Shown here piece by piece: positions 41,082 through 56,680 of a stretch of 64,000 nucleotides of DNA. The position numbers were made by a program, and so were the translations under genes. The notes under the pieces were generated by a model that saw only the letters and a list, made by a program, of their open reading frames with translations, was not told the DNA's origin and did no database searches. The stretch is from positions 107,074,001-107,138,000 of the forward strand of contig NC_043005.1 of NCBI RefSeq assembly GCF_006345805.1, given 5' to 3'. This stretch comes from Octopus sinensis (taxonomy: Eukaryota). Numbering within the stretch: position 1 is the stretch's first letter; each line of letters begins with the position of its first letter.

Positions 41082-41090
41082 TATGAATAT
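40040..41090. repeat. Triplet microsatellite cluster (TTG, CTA, CAT/CAC, CAA, TAA)
   Basis: Direct reading. Confidence 0.9.
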
Positions 41091-43120
41091 GAATAAACTC
41101 TTCATTATTATTGCCACGAGGTCCTATTCATTCATACAATAGAAACTCGTACAATGATGTTAAAAATGTGGAGAAAAAATGAAATATTATCAGATAAGAA
41201 CAGAAGCAAGATCACATACGTAGCTAAATTGTTGTTGCTCTTATTACTACTGGCGTTAAAAGTTTGAAGTTGCACAAAGGGATTATAAAGTATGTAGATG
41301 ATTATATAAAGTCGCATAAATAACTTAGGTAAATTGTGTCCACGCAAGCCAATCACTGGCCTGAATTTCAACAATATAGTTTCATTAGAATGCCGCTTTA
41401 AATCCAGCCAATTACATACATACACACACATTCGTTTTATTTCGGTGGTTTTACCTTGTCTTTATAGTTTTCTTGTATTTTAAAAATTTAATTAAATTGA
41501 ATTTTAATTCCAATTTTATTCATTTATATATTTTATTTATTTTTATTTTTTTTATTTTAATTAATAATTTATTCGATTATTTTAATGTATAATACTGGAC
41601 ATAATTTATAGACGTTAATTTTCTTTCTACGTTGTTCAAGGACTTTGGATTATACGATATATTGTTCCACTAGTTCTTATTTGTATCATCTTTGATGTTG
41701 TATCATGTGTGTGATGTGATATAAATTAATAAACAATGTATCTAGTAGTCTGTGTCTGTTGTATGGCCTGTCTGTTTGTAGTTCTTCGTTTGCGGTTCCT
41801 TGGGTTGATGTGTTCGCGTCGAATATCAGAGATTGACTAGTCTTTTCCCTTAATATGTTCGATTCGCTTATTCCTTCGTACTGAAATTTTCGGGACCACA
41901 ATGTCCTTTGTTGTATAGGTACTGTTTTGTAACTATGCGTTAATACTAATTCTTTATTTTGGTGCTGTTACTCGTAATATCAAGCAGGCGTAATGAACAT
42001 TCTATGCTAATGTTTTGCTCCTGCTGACTACTATTGATTCCCAGGGCACATCTATGTTCTTAACGTTGTTCAAACCACCAAACTGAATGGTACTGCTCAA
42101 ATGTCGAAACCAAAGTGATATCAGGTTCACAGCTGATGATGGGAATGCATTTTAGTTATACTTCTTTATGTCGTAGTCTCGTTATTCTCAGTTGTCATTC
42201 ATTCTAGTTAAGTGGAAAGTATTTGTTGAGAATACTTACACTGATATTGGTTGGTTTTCTTCATAGGTAATCTTATCAGGCTTAAGCAACGCTTCGATAT
42301 GGGTGTCTAATTTGGAAGGTTCTGCGTAGTCTGTGTGCGTACCTTAAAATTCGTGTTGAGGAATACGTTTTTATAACCATGCGTTTGTCATTATAGTGAT
42401 GATAGGGTGCATCGATTTAATGACGATGACGAAGATCATCTACTCATGCATCATCGATGACACCATGCAGTTCAGAATTGAAGTCATCGCTGACAAGATT
42501 GTCAAAGGTAACATCACCAGCAATATGAATGTCACTTGATTTCAGTCGACGTTGTTACCTTGGCACGGAGGGCAAACTGCACCATCTCCAGCAGAAGCAG
42601 TATAAGAACCACCACCACCACCACCACCATCGCCACTATCAACACCAGCATAATCACAATCATTATTTTATTGTCGTTGCGTTGTCCTTGTTAAAAGGAA
42701 GACATGTTAACAAAAAAATATTACATTTCAAAAACCAGTAGTGCATAGCTTGTGCTCACGAGCTAACCTCACAAACACACACATACAAACGCACGTGTGT
42801 GTGTATATGTGTGTATGTGTGTTTGCGTGTGTGCGTGTGTGTGTGTATGTGCATGTGCGCGCGCGTATGTTTTTGGCTATAGTGCAAACAAATATGCGAG
42901 TGAAGTTTTGCTGAGAAAGATTTGCAAACCAAAATATTACGAAATTATATTGAATGAAATTGCATGATTGCAAGTGGATATAAGTACACACACACGCATA
43001 CACACACACACGCACACACACAGAAGTACATATATGTATATGTGTGTGTGCTTGCGTGTAATTGTATATATATATATTGCGTATATAAATGTGCAAATAT
43101 ATATACTTATACATTCCTCA

Positions 43121-43197
<77 letters not shown>

Positions 43198-43773
43198 AAG
43201 TGGGGAGTAAGATGTTCACTTAGAGTTTATTAAATGCCTGTCAAAATGCATGTGTATACGATAAAATTACCTAAAGCTTAACAAAAAGAAGATAAATATT
43301 TTTTCAATGTAATCGAAAAGAACTGAAAAAAGAACAATGACAATGAAATACAATTTAAAAGAAGGTAATAAAAGATTGCAGAATACTGAATATTCATAAT
43401 ATAAAATAAAATAATGTGTGCGTATATCACGCCGTATGCCTGTGTGTTTGTTTATTGCAGATAGAGTGTGGGGAATCTTACAAACACACACACACACAGA
43501 CATTCACACATTATGCTATGTAGATATAGAGGCACACACACATATATATACATATACATATATATATATATAATATATATAATGTATATGTAATGCATGT
43601 ATAATGTATATGTGTATATATGTATGTATCTCTCTCAAGTGGAATATAACTCACAGAATTCTATTTCGGCTACATTTGATATATTTGGAATTCTATATGA
43701 TCACACCCATATACACAAATTTACATACACAGACACAATAACAACAACAATATTCATAGATGTATAAATATAT

Positions 43774-43839
<66 letters not shown>

Positions 43840-44629
43840 ATATATATATGTATACGTGTGTGTATGTGTATTATGCAGCTTCCTACATGCATAACATGCT
43901 GGCCTACATGGTAGTTTTCAATAAAAACGAACAAAGTATATTAATTAATAGGATCTCTCGAAAAACGAATAAACAAATTTATAATAAATTATAAATACAA
44001 AGAGAAATAATGAATAATAAAAGAAAAAAATCATGAATACAGAAGAAAATCTGACAAAATGAGACAAAAATGTATGGAAATATTTTGGATATATCGGGGC
44101 CTTATTAAATATACACTTGCTCTTCAAAGGGTTCACTGTAAACTTATTTAAGGCTCTGCCCTGACTGACTGTTTGTTAATGAATAATAATGTGGTAGAGA
44201 GTGATAGACAGAAAGCGCGTGGGAGATACGTATATATAGAGATGAGTTGGAGGGATTTAAAGGTGGAAGAGAAATGGGGATGATAAGAATTGGGATCAGA
44301 AGATAGAATGCCTGCAGACCGAGAGGAAGAAAGCGACAGATATTAGTTGTAAGCGAGGTAGAAATGATACAGTTATATATATATGTATATATATATATAA
44401 AGAGAGAGAGAGAGAGAGAGAGACATTTACGTTGATTGCGACCGTGAAACACATATAGAGACAAGAAAAGTGAAGGAGAGTGAGAGGAAGAAACGAAAGT
44501 ATAAGGTTTGAGTGAATTCTTGAGATTGAAGTAAACAGTTACCTTTATGTTAAACAGGAATGGTTGATAAATGGCAGGATCGATCAACGGATTTATGTAT
44601 ATACGAGTATGTATATATATATATATATA

Positions 44630-44800
<171 letters not shown>

Positions 44801-45599
44801 GAGACCGATAGCTAAAAAGACAGGTTAATAGATATAAAGATGATAGAGAGAGTAAGGAATAGGAGTGAATGCGTATGTTAGAATGTGGAATAAAGAAAAC
44901 CATGGAGAGAGAGGGAGAGGGAGAGGAGCTGAGTGAGTGAGAAAGAGAGAGTGGGGAGACAAGTTTAGATTTGCGAGAGCAAGAGATGACGATAGAGAAA
45001 GATGTTGGAAGTGAGTGAGAGCCAAAATGAGAATGATAAAGAATGTGAGTGAGAAAAAGTAAGAGAGAGTGATACAATTTGTTATAACTGCATCTTGTCT
45101 TTACATTCTTGTTAGGTCCCATAGAGAAAGAGAATGTTTGCCCGAGGCAGACATCTAGAAATATAGGGATGGCTTTTAAGTTTTTCTCATTATTTTTTTG
45201 CTGCGATTGTTTTATTTTTCCTAAGTTATTTCATTTATTTTTTAATAAATTTTATGACTGTCTTTTCTTTTATTTGTTGAATTTAAGTTTTCGTTTTTCT
45301 TTTTCTATATTTTGTTTTTTCATTTCTGTTTTCATTTAACACATGAAAGACACTAAAAGAACGTTATCGTTCGCATGGATTGGCTAGCCAAAGCTGAAAG
45401 CCAGACGAGATCATTATTAGACCTTTATTCACAATCATGGATACATAGGCTAGGCTGACATACAGAAAGGCGGTACAAGACATGGAAAAACAAAGCGAAA
45501 GCCATGTGGAAGCAGTCCTTTAACAAAAGTCATCTCAGGGCGATAAATCTTTATATTTATTTTTTATAGTAGAAGAGAGGGCGGCTTTTATAAACTACA

Positions 45600-45850
45600 T
45601 AAACCCTCTTAGAGGTATTAGGTTGATGCGGTCGATGCTAAAATTGAATTACTGTAGACTGGAGCGTGCAGGGGAAAATTTGACATGGCTGTAAGTAAAT
45701 TGGGCGAAGTGATCAGTGGGGGTTTCGTGGATGACAGAGAGTTAAAATAACTCGAATAAAGCAGGTAGGTAGATCGTGTATTACACAAACGGCGAGAACA
45801 ATGAAGCAAGAACCACTTTAATACATGGTAGAGAGACACTGAACGTTAGT
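45600..45850 (-). mobile_element. Possible CR1/L2-group LINE C-terminal remnant
   Basis: SLYHVLKWFLLHCSRRL...VYSNSILAST resembles SLFYRY..G.CS.EL...YSNSF..RT; weak. Confidence 0.3.
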
Positions 45851-46060
45851 TCGTCGAAAAAGTAGAATTGAGAAAATTTGTTGTCGTGGTAGTGATAAAT
45901 GTCTATAAAACATTTTGAGCCAATCAGCTGGATTGCTGATTTTACTTGCTTCTTGAGGGTTTTCTTTAAAATATAAAGAGGATATCATACGATAGATATC
46001 TCACTTTACTTACTAAGTCTAAATACGCCATCTCCAAGACAATTACGTATAGTTTTTTTG

Positions 46061-46361
46061 TGTTTGTTCCTTCCCGAGCTATGCCTTGCTCATAAGGGCC
46101 GCTTTCCCGGTTTCCTTGGCGTATAGGTTCCCCACCTCGACGGGACGCCGGTCTGTCGCAGGTGAGCTGCAAGATGCAGGAGGAAAGAGTGAGAGAAAGT
46201 TGTGGCGAAAGAGTCAACAGAAGTTCGCCATTACCTTCTGCCGGAGCCGCGTGGAGTTTAGGTGTTTCGCTCATGAACACACACATCGCCCGGTCTGACA
46301 TTTGAACTGGCGATCCCTCGACCGCGAGTCCGCTGCTCTAACCACTAGGCCATGTGCCTCC
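46061..46361 (-). mobile_element. Full-length MetaSINE-like SINE
   Basis: Reverse complement of 4991-5296 along its length. Confidence 0.9.
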
Positions 46362-46914
46362 ACATATTACGTATAGTTGCTCATCGGTATGGTAAAAATA
46401 CTATTATACTTGCGACATCAAGTTTTGCGAAACTTCTAGATGGATGTCCATAGTTTGCTAAAGGGAACATTCTCTTAGGATGCTTGGATTTTCATCATAA
46501 ACTACGTTAATTAACTCATCCTGAGGTTTGGTTCTCTTCTGCTCAAAGAAACTCAGCTATGTTGATCCTAGTTGGTGTCTAGATGTTTGGCAAAAAGAGG
46601 GGAAAAAGCCACTATAAACATCTACTTTTAAGAGTCATCGGCAAACGTCCAAGGAAGTCTCTCTTTTTTCTTGCTCATAATTGTTGTGTTGCTGATCTTA
46701 AAAGGATTTTAAAAATAGAATATGTAATCCGAAAGAATGCTTTGAATATTTCAGCGAACACTGGTTGGTTGACAAGAGAGGAGGAAGGATAAAATGGATT
46801 CATGATGAAAACGCTGTTTGAAAAGTAGTATTGGTGACACTTGTCTAGCAGGTGCAATGGTAAATTATGCAGAGCAGCAGAAAAGCATTAGAAAATAAAA
46901 ATGCGTGCGGGTGC

Positions 46915-47164
46915 ACATACATACATGCATACATACATGCATACATACATACATAGATACATACATACATACATACATACATACATACATACATACATAC
47001 ATACATACGTACGTACGTACATACATACATACATACATACATACATACATACGTACGTACGTACATACATACATACATACATACATACATACGTACGTAC
47101 GTACATACATACATACATACATACGTACATACATACATACATACATATAAAAAACATGCACACA

Positions 47165-47196
<32 letters not shown>

Positions 47197-47254
47197 CAAA
47201 CATGCACACATACATACATACATAAATACATACATACATACATACATACATACA

Positions 47255-47300
<46 letters not shown>
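46915..47300. repeat. (TACA)n with periodic (CGTA) variant blocks
   Basis: Direct reading. Confidence 0.95.
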
Positions 47301-47486
47301 AAAGATGCCCATAAATTACCATTACAGATTTTTAAATTCTGAACAAAATATAAGAATAACTCAGCAGGTGGCGTGCAACCAGTGGAGCTCTCTAGGATTT
47401 ATTCTGCGGCTTCCAATAAAACTTTGTTACTCTATGTTTTCCTATAAAATTTGTTCTCTCTCTCTGTCTCTGTGTCTGCCTGTCTA

Positions 47487-47526
<40 letters not shown>

Positions 47527-48599
47527 CACACACACACGAATATATATGTATATATATGAGGTATTGGAAACAAAGGCATACCTCAAGCAGCATGGCAAGT
47601 CCAAGACTCCACTACTTTTACACATTTCATTAACAGATGCGACCAGGAGTGTGATCGTCAAATCGGCAATGTTTCTGTTTACACTACACATTCTATGTGC
47701 CCTAAAAGCAAAGCAAAAAAAAAATAAATAATAATAATAATAATTTACAGAACTGGTGCTTTTTTATTGTTCTTGGTGCTTTCGATACCACAGTGGCATT
47801 AACGAAATATTTGCCGTCTGTTTGTTCCTTCCTACCAAATTTTCATGTTACTCTCACTTGAATAAAGGAATCAATTCGGTCAAAATATTCCTGCACGTCA
47901 AATTTTATCGGGAAAAATCTTACGCCAGATAAGTTCCACTCGCTAATGTTTTAAACCTTTTAAAATACATGAAGTAAGATGGATGAATATCTTCGTATTT
48001 TTACATGAATGTCCTTCTGCCATGGCATTTACATACGCATGTAAATACACATAAGTAAGGACATTATTGTAAGGTTATTAACACTCCTGAGCTTATCTAT
48101 CCTTCAATAGGTTTTGTGTTTCATCCTGTGTGATATCCAAACGAATCGCTTCCGCAGCTAGCAGCTGTGATAGGATTGCTGGTTTGCTCAACAACTGCCC
48201 AACTTATACATCACTTTTACAAGCGCACAGTTCTGCTAGGAGCAAAGTCCTGGTTATCATGTCTATAGCCTTTCACGCATAAAACCACACGCGCACACAC
48301 GTGCATACACATTCACTCATACGCACACACAACACACATACACTCAAACACACACACAGTCACACGCATACATACATACACACACATACTCACGTACTCA
48401 AAAGCACACATACCCGCATATATGTATACACAAACCAAATGCAGAATCTTACACACATCCTCATTCCTGAGAGAAACTTGCTGTCCCCCTTCTTGTTGCT
48501 AAAACATGTTGATCCAATATGACAGTTATTCCTATGTAGCTGGCTTCGTACTTTTTTCTGTCTGATTCATTTCTTGATGCAGTCTTACTTATTGCAATG

Positions 48600-48790
48600 T
48601 TATTTAATTATATTTTCAAAATCAATTATATTCCAGTCGAGAGTAAATTCACAAAGACAAATTACTACATTATTCATCAGGCATCAAAATCTCATGGAAT
48701 ATGTATGAGGATGCTTGCCTTTCTCAAGAGTCTCCTGTAATAGAAACATATGGTTGGCATTAAGAAACCTGCAATATGCCAATTTACCTT
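48600..48790 (+). mobile_element. Old CR1-like RT remnant
   Basis: ASKSHGICMRMLAFLKSLL*.RKHMVGI resembles KL.SYGI.G..L.WI.SFL..R.Q.V.I. Confidence 0.35.
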
Positions 48791-50411
48791 TACATTTCTC
48801 CATAAAATAATAATAGCTCCGATGCAATCATTTTCTTTTTCCTTAGAACTTCTTAACACGCAAATATTTAAGATCACTTTAAAGTTTCATAATATACTTC
48901 AACTCTCAATAACTATTAGGCAATACGACACAGCAGTTAGGGACTGTTAATTTGTCATACATCTGAGACAGATATATCCGCTTTCGGATATATTTTCAAC
49001 TTTACAACACTCTCCATGTTAGAACTAATAAAATCTTTCAGGTTATTTGAACAGCTAAGACTAGTAGCCATACCGCTATCAAATTACATCCTTCCATCAT
49101 ATAGCTTAGAAATGCATTGTGCGATGTAGCACTTGATTTATGGTGTATATAAAAAGTATAGATGATTGCAAGAAAGACCGTCTTAGATTATGAATCAAAG
49201 CTCGAAACTACGTTTAAAAAATACAACTGCAGCAACAACAAAAGCACCAACAATAGCAGAAATAGTAACAGCTTTCTAAATGAAATTAGTTTTGCATTAT
49301 TGTTCATCCAAAGGATTTGTCCCTGAGCCTCAGAGAAACCGAAATTTCTCTTCAATAAACCAAGATCCCTGTAGAGGTATGCTGTTCGAATACGAGTGTT
49401 GGATCAGCGTGTTAGATTACAGTAAGAATGTATATCGCATAGGCAACGGATCTTTAAATTCATACCCGTAGCAATCGTTTTGATCCAGAAATAACTGTAA
49501 TGTGACGTACATTTTGAAACAAGACAGGCTTTTAAAAGACAAAGCAGTTAATAATTCACTAATGAAACGTAGTATTATTTCAAAACCAAAAGTATAGAGC
49601 ATTAATAGTAGCTGCCAGCCATGTGGAACTGAAAAACGGTTGACTTCCCAACGTCAAATCTTAAAGATGAGATGGGAAATATTCACTCTATGTAAAGAAA
49701 GGTCAACGATCGTTCAAATATTTCTTTTATAGTGAACCTCCAACTGCAGACTGACTGTGTTGAGAACCAAAAGATCGGAAAAAAAAAAGCTATACTGAAA
49801 TTTAAGCTAAATTGTTACTTCTATTTCAAAAAGATAATTACAGTTTGCTATATTTCTTAAAGTGTTTTAGGAAGATTTTTGGTATTTGGTTGAGCATTCG
49901 AGAACGGAACAAGGAAAAGTTAGTAGAAACGGATATAATCTTAATTTTGGATCCAGATTGCTGTGAAAGGTATGCTCTTTTTATTGGCGAAGGATTTTGT
50001 GATTTGTCGTCGTTAATATAAAGGCATCTTCCTCTTTGTCAAATAACAGATGAAAACATCTGTCTTTTGTTTTTATTGCAGTGAGGTACTGGAATTTCTA
50101 AATATTTCTTGAGAGTGTAGATTTTCCTGTAAGATTTTAAAGGTGATTATTTTAAATCTAACACGTCCGAAATCGAATTTCAAGTTAGCAGAGAAGGTTG
50201 AATGGTTTGTCGAAGAGATGGGTTGGATATTTTGGGATAGTGTTATTGACATTAATTGCAGTTTTATTTAAATTATTAGTAATCAGTTGTTATTATCATG
50301 CTGTTCGGTAAAATCTGATTTCAGATACTCGTAAAGCTGTTGTGTCGCAATATATTTGAGAACGGGTTTGGGCGGTTAGTGTTGTGTGCTGTAGTGAAAT
50401 AATTTGTAAGT

Positions 50412-50452
<41 letters not shown>

Positions 50453-51098
50453 AGAGGGGGTTGACTTACTTACGAGTGATTGAGTAGAGGTGATAGGCTG
50501 TTTCACTTTAATATACTGGGAAAAGAACACCTAAACCAGAAACGCAAATTTCACACTTTAAACTCAACATATGTACATAGGCCTTTTACAAGTTACGATG
50601 TCTATCACATTTTCATCTCTCGCTAACATCACTCCACCAGGCAGGTTCATTTTTCAGCCGAAATATTAGCATTATTTAATGTTTTACACTAAAAGTGTAG
50701 CCTTTGTTCATACCGATTTTCAATCAATTACCACTTCATTTATATTTTAATATTCTGTTTACCATTTTCCACACATTACTCTGTGTATTATAATGTACTA
50801 CTTACCGATATTTACCGATGCATAATATTTACTAGATTATATATTTAAATCACTTCTGTGACCTTGTAAAACCGTTCACATGCTGTTCATACAGACATGG
50901 AGACTGGTCTCTATGTTACTTTGTTGCCTCTACACGAAGCTTCCATGTTATTTTGGCCAAGGTAATGGCTGAGTTACTAAAACTGGTAAATTGTTCATGA
51001 ATAGACCGTTTTTTTTTATTATAGGATAACTCGACTGCCATCCATTTGGTATGAAATAGATATGAAAGCAGACCACTATCTATAAATATTATTTAATT

Positions 51099-51472
51099 AT
51101 TTTACTCGTTTCAGTCATTTTACTGCAGCCATGCTGGAGTATCGCCTTAAAGGGTTTTCGTCAAATAAATTTAACTCATTCTATCGGTCTCTTCTTCCAA
51201 ACCACTAAGTTACAGGGACGTAAATACCAACACCGGTTGTCAAGCGCTGCTGGGTGGGGGGCTGCTTCAAACACAGGTCCACACACATACATACACACAC
51301 ACACACACACTCACACATATATACATACATTGACAACAGGTGTTGGTGTTTACGTGCCCGTAACTTAGCGGTTTGAAAAAAGAGAACGATAGAATGAGTA
51401 CTAGGTAGAATGAATACTAGATAGGATGAGTACTATATATATATGTGTGTGTTATGTGTGTGTGTGAGTGTG

Positions 51473-51537
<65 letters not shown>

Positions 51538-51627
51538 TATATACAGAGAGAGAGAGAGGTATAAGAGAACTTTCCACGGTGGTACTCCACTATGATTGCA
51601 GCCGCATGGCTGAAACGAGTAAAAGAG

Positions 51628-51669
<42 letters not shown>

Positions 51670-51832
51670 GGTGGGATTCTTTCAGTTTCCGTCTACCAAA
51701 TCCACTCATAAGGCTTTAGTTAGCCCGGAGCAATAGTAGAAGACACTTGCTCAAGTTGCCACGCAGTGGGAATGAACCCAGACCCATGTAGTCGGGAAGC
51801 AAGCTACTTAACACAGAGCCACACATACGCCT
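51099..51832 (-). mobile_element. CORE-type SINE (tail 51099-51290, head 51668-51832) with plus-strand tail pieces of the same family (51330-51420, 51560-51628) nested in its internal microsatellite
   Basis: Alignment by eye to 36048-36493. Confidence 0.75.
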
Positions 51833-52461
51833 ATGTAGACACACAAACATATACATATGTAGACTTATTTTACAATGAAGGACATTCCACGTGCCTTTTG
51901 CATCTATAAGAAATGAAAACGAGATTAACCTCAATTAATACCCAACTCTTCTTTAAACAAGGAAAGACACTCTGGGCAACGTAGAAAGGGCTACATGAAA
52001 TGACGAGGTGGCCACGGCTGGAGATTCTTGACTGTAGGAATGATGAACGAGAAGGACTTAGAACGAGCCACAAAAAAGCAACAAAACACGCACACCCATT
52101 TTAAATGATTTTAGAAATAATTTAATACAAAATAAATGGAATATTCGAAGTACATCATTGCAATGGAATTGTAGCTTCTCGTCTGTAGACACACACACAG
52201 ACACAGGCATTTTACACACACTCACACATAACGATGCATACGCATAACAACACTTGTATATATGTAAGTATAGGAGGATTCCACATACGTTAAATGAGCT
52301 ATATTAAGTCCTTCAATTGAAGTGAATTTTGATAGAAATTCTCTTGAGTAATCTACTTGAAACTGTGCATATATTGATTTTAATGTAATACTTAATTACA
52401 CATACCTAATTCATACACAAAAATAAGTGTATATATATACATACATGCATACACATACATG

Positions 52462-52493
<32 letters not shown>

Positions 52494-53728
52494 CACATAC
52501 ACATATATGTGCGCAGTGAAATGAAGAGGCTGGGTGAATGAGAGATATATAGCCAATGAAAAGCATACTATCGGAAAAAACAAATGGTTATTTGTGCAAG
52601 AGTGCATATCAATGCAAATAATTCTCTCTTTGTTCTTCTGTATTTTTGTATTTCTGCATTTAACATTATTTCTATGTAAAATTGAATATTTTATAAAAAT
52701 ATATATAAAAAAAAAGAATGACATGAAAACAAATATTTGAATGAAAAATGGTGATGCTGCCAATTGCGGCAGAAAACATGCAAGAATATCTATCTGGTTA
52801 CCATTATATCGCGTCTGGAATTAACCAGGCGGACTTTATAATAATACAACGATAATTGATTTAACGAAAAAAAAAATGTGAAAAAGTCCCAAAATTTTAA
52901 AGACAATATGCAACTAAATTTAAAAAATCAAAACAAAACCCATAAGCAGAAATGAATATAAAATCGAAGAAAAATAAAGAAACCAAATGATTTAAGAAAG
53001 CGGAAAATTCACCCCACTCCCATGCAAAAATGATATTATAAAAGAACTATAAAATATTGTTGAATTTCTTTTCGACCACCATCGACGCCATTTTAACAAA
53101 TATGACAAATGTAAAAAGAAAAAAAATCAGAAATTAAATTAAATAGTGCAAACAAATCCAAGTAGGTTTTCATGTAATGTGATTCTTGATGTGGTAAGAA
53201 TTACCTGCAGCCGTTTAAAATAAATAAATTTGACCAAAAAAATACAGGAGAGGGTAAAGAGTAAAATTTGAATAAAAAAATATATATCTATACACGTATA
53301 TATATATACACAAATATATATATGTATGTATATATACATATACACGAGTATATATATGCATATATATATGTATATATATATATATGAGTATATGTGTGTG
53401 TATGTGTATGTGTATGAGCATTTGTGTATATATGGGAGTATGTGTCTATGTATTCACGTATACGTTTGCGTATTTGTGACTGTGTGGAACGTACAAGCAT
53501 ATCTTCCGTGTGTCCAGAACCGTGTAATTTATAATTTTGCCAATAGAAAAATATAACGTTTAGTATGTTTTAAATTTTATATTTTTTAATCGTTACATTT
53601 TCTTTCCTCATATGCACTCATCTATACCCATATCGACATATACACACGCAATACACAAGACACGCATATATATATATATATATACACTCACACACACACA
53701 CACATATATATATACACATACACACATA

Positions 53729-53780
<52 letters not shown>

Positions 53781-56469
53781 CACATATATATATAGATAGA
53801 TATACATATATATATGAATATATACATATATAAATGCATGTATATATATGTGTGTATGCGTGTGTACATATATATATATATATATATATACAAGCGAGTA
53901 AAGAGACAGACGCATACATGATAGCTTCTAAACAATCTGTCTATACATACACATTTACGTGGATGCAGAAATTTTTTTATTTATATTTTTAAACTTCATC
54001 TGCTTATTAAATTACATTAAGTTTCCCCATCCGCCATCTTCTGCTTTCTTTCTCCCCATCTCTTTTGTCCAACATCCTCTTCCTTCGTGTTCTTGTGCGG
54101 TTGGATGGAGGCAGGTTGGTTGAGAAACAGATTGATGTGAGGGAGGTGACGAGGCTGGGTGGATGAGTTGATGAGTTGAGGTTGTAATAAATCAATTTAT
54201 CGGTGAAGAGCGTCAAACGCTTCTACATCTTTCTCTCCCTCTTTTTCCTTCTAATCCTGTATTATCTCCCTACTTCCCTCACTCCACTCAATTATTTTCT
54301 TGTCGTTTTCTTTCTTTATTCAACCCATCCTTTCTTCTACCTTATTTCTTCTTTTTCGCTTTATCTTGTTTCCACTTTTCTTCTCTAACATGTGAATATG
54401 TGTGCATGTCAGTGTGTGTATATACGTCTATATTTTCTATGTATGTGTGGCTATATGTCTGCATCTGTGTATGGAGTAGATTTGTCCTCTGCCAGTCAGT
54501 TTGAATTTTATTCTATTTTATTTTTATAAGAAAACAATAAAAATACGAATCAGTGAAGGCGGGAACGGTGATAAAATTATAACAAAGTAATAAAAGCAAC
54601 AATAAATAGAAGTTCAAAAAATATTTTAAAAATCTAATACAAAACACTAAAAACAACAAAGATAATGAAGACGACGATAATGTCGGTGACGACAGCAACG
54701 ATTTAACAAATGAGTGAAGAACCCTCGCCTGGAGAATGTCTAAATAAACAAGTTGCATCAACAGGAATGGTAAATGAGGAAGAAAAAGAACATTAATTTT
54801 TTCTGAAAAAATAATACAAAGTATAAAATTTCAAAAATATAGAAAGGTAAAAAATAAAGAACAAATATTCAAAAGCTAATAAAATAAAAGAAAGGAATGA
54901 AATAAAAGGAAGCTGAAATAAAAAAAAGAGTTACAATAAAAAAAAAATATTCCGAAGACAGTCTAAACAAATAATTATAATGTAGGAGAAAAATATAAAA
55001 TAAGAAGTAAGATGTAAAAGAAAGAAAATGAGATAGAATATAATCACGAAAAAAGAAAACAAATGCTGAAGGAATACAATAAAAATTTAAGTAGAATATA
55101 GAAACAAAAATTACAAACAAAAATGCAGGCGATATGGCGAATTGCCTGAAAAACAAAATGGCCGACTTTACGCCTAAAAGGCAAACTTCAATAAAGAATA
55201 GCTGTGATTTAGCCATTAAAATGAAGCCGGGATTAATTGCAGAAACAAAAGACGTCCTTATTCCTAGACGAGAATTTAATTGGATGAATTATGAAACAAA
55301 GATAACAAAAATATATTTAAAAAAATAAGAAACGCTAATAATATAATCAAAGAAAATAATAAAGAAGGAAATATGATGAGACTTATTAGGAATTTTTCTG
55401 ATAAATTTTTAGATAATGATTTCTTTTTGTTATTTGTAAGTACATTTGTTGTCTTATTTATTATGTGCGGAATTTTGTAATCCATAGTAAATTTAATATA
55501 ATTCTATCGCTGCCGAATTTTCCAGTACGTGTAGTTTTCAGCGTATGCATAATTTGTGCTTGCGTGCATGTGTGCCTTTGTGTGTACACGTCAGTATATA
55601 TATATTATATATATATATATATATATATGTATACTGCATACATAGACTCACGTACACATGCAAACTAACACACATTCACGCAGAGAAAATGCGTATGTAT
55701 GCATGTGTATGTACATGAATATGTATATGAGTATGTATATATACATATATGTATACACAAACACACACAATTATATTTATATACGAAAAGAGAGGGACAG
55801 AGTGTCACCAAACCACATATAGACATACGCAATGTAAAATCACTCAAGAAACTAGCTCCCCGAATATATGAGTATACATATTTCTTTTGACCTCAGTATT
55901 TTAAATTTACAGAGAAATGTGATTGCTGTCAGACAAATGCACTAAATCCCGTTTAATCAGATCTGTATTTGAAACATTGTGTAAGCGGAAAGATAAATGT
56001 AAATCATTTAGTCCCTTGCTCTGCCTTCTGTCACTTATTTCCTTTGAAAGAACAGATGACAGCGAAGTTTTGATCCCTTAATTAGCGAGCCATGTACCGC
56101 GATAACCAATTATTTTTCATGACGCAACTTTCTTCCCTCGCACCATCTTTGATGTGTTCCACACCTCAAACCCTTTTCTATTTAATGTGTTTGATTTTTT
56201 CATCCCCAAAACGGATCCCTTTCCAGATCAGTCTCATTTCCTAATACATCTCTAATAACCTTCACGGGTTCAAAACGAAAAAGAATTACGTGAATATCAC
56301 CAGTATGGTAGGGTGGCACCGTTACTGTATACGTTTTATTCCGATGAGACAAGGCAATACTTGTAGAGGTTTAGACTGAAGTAGACAAAAACCTACGGGC
56401 ATTACACAAATTCCTTCGATTCTTAGATTAAATCTGTTATTAGTTAGATCATCGACCAGCGAGGTTGAT

Positions 56470-56680
56470 TAGCGGAGTTGATAAAACGGCAGACAAAATG
56501 CATCACAGTGTATATTGCGAATCATTAGCTTTTAATTTCATATTCTATTGAGGTCGACTTTGCTCTTCAATTCACCGGGGTCGATTTAATAAATAATCAT
56601 TCATTTACTGCAATGGATTTCAGTGAATAACGTGTTTCCTCATGTCTCGGGCGTTTCACCCATATTACCAAAAAATATTC
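56470..56680 (+). mobile_element. Highly degenerate OK-like SINE
   Basis: 'gaggtcgactttgctcttca...ggggtcgatttaataaata'. Confidence 0.5.

Noticed and set aside
49180-49220. Hammerhead-like 'ctcgaaactacgttt'
   Set aside because: No core, stem II or stem I
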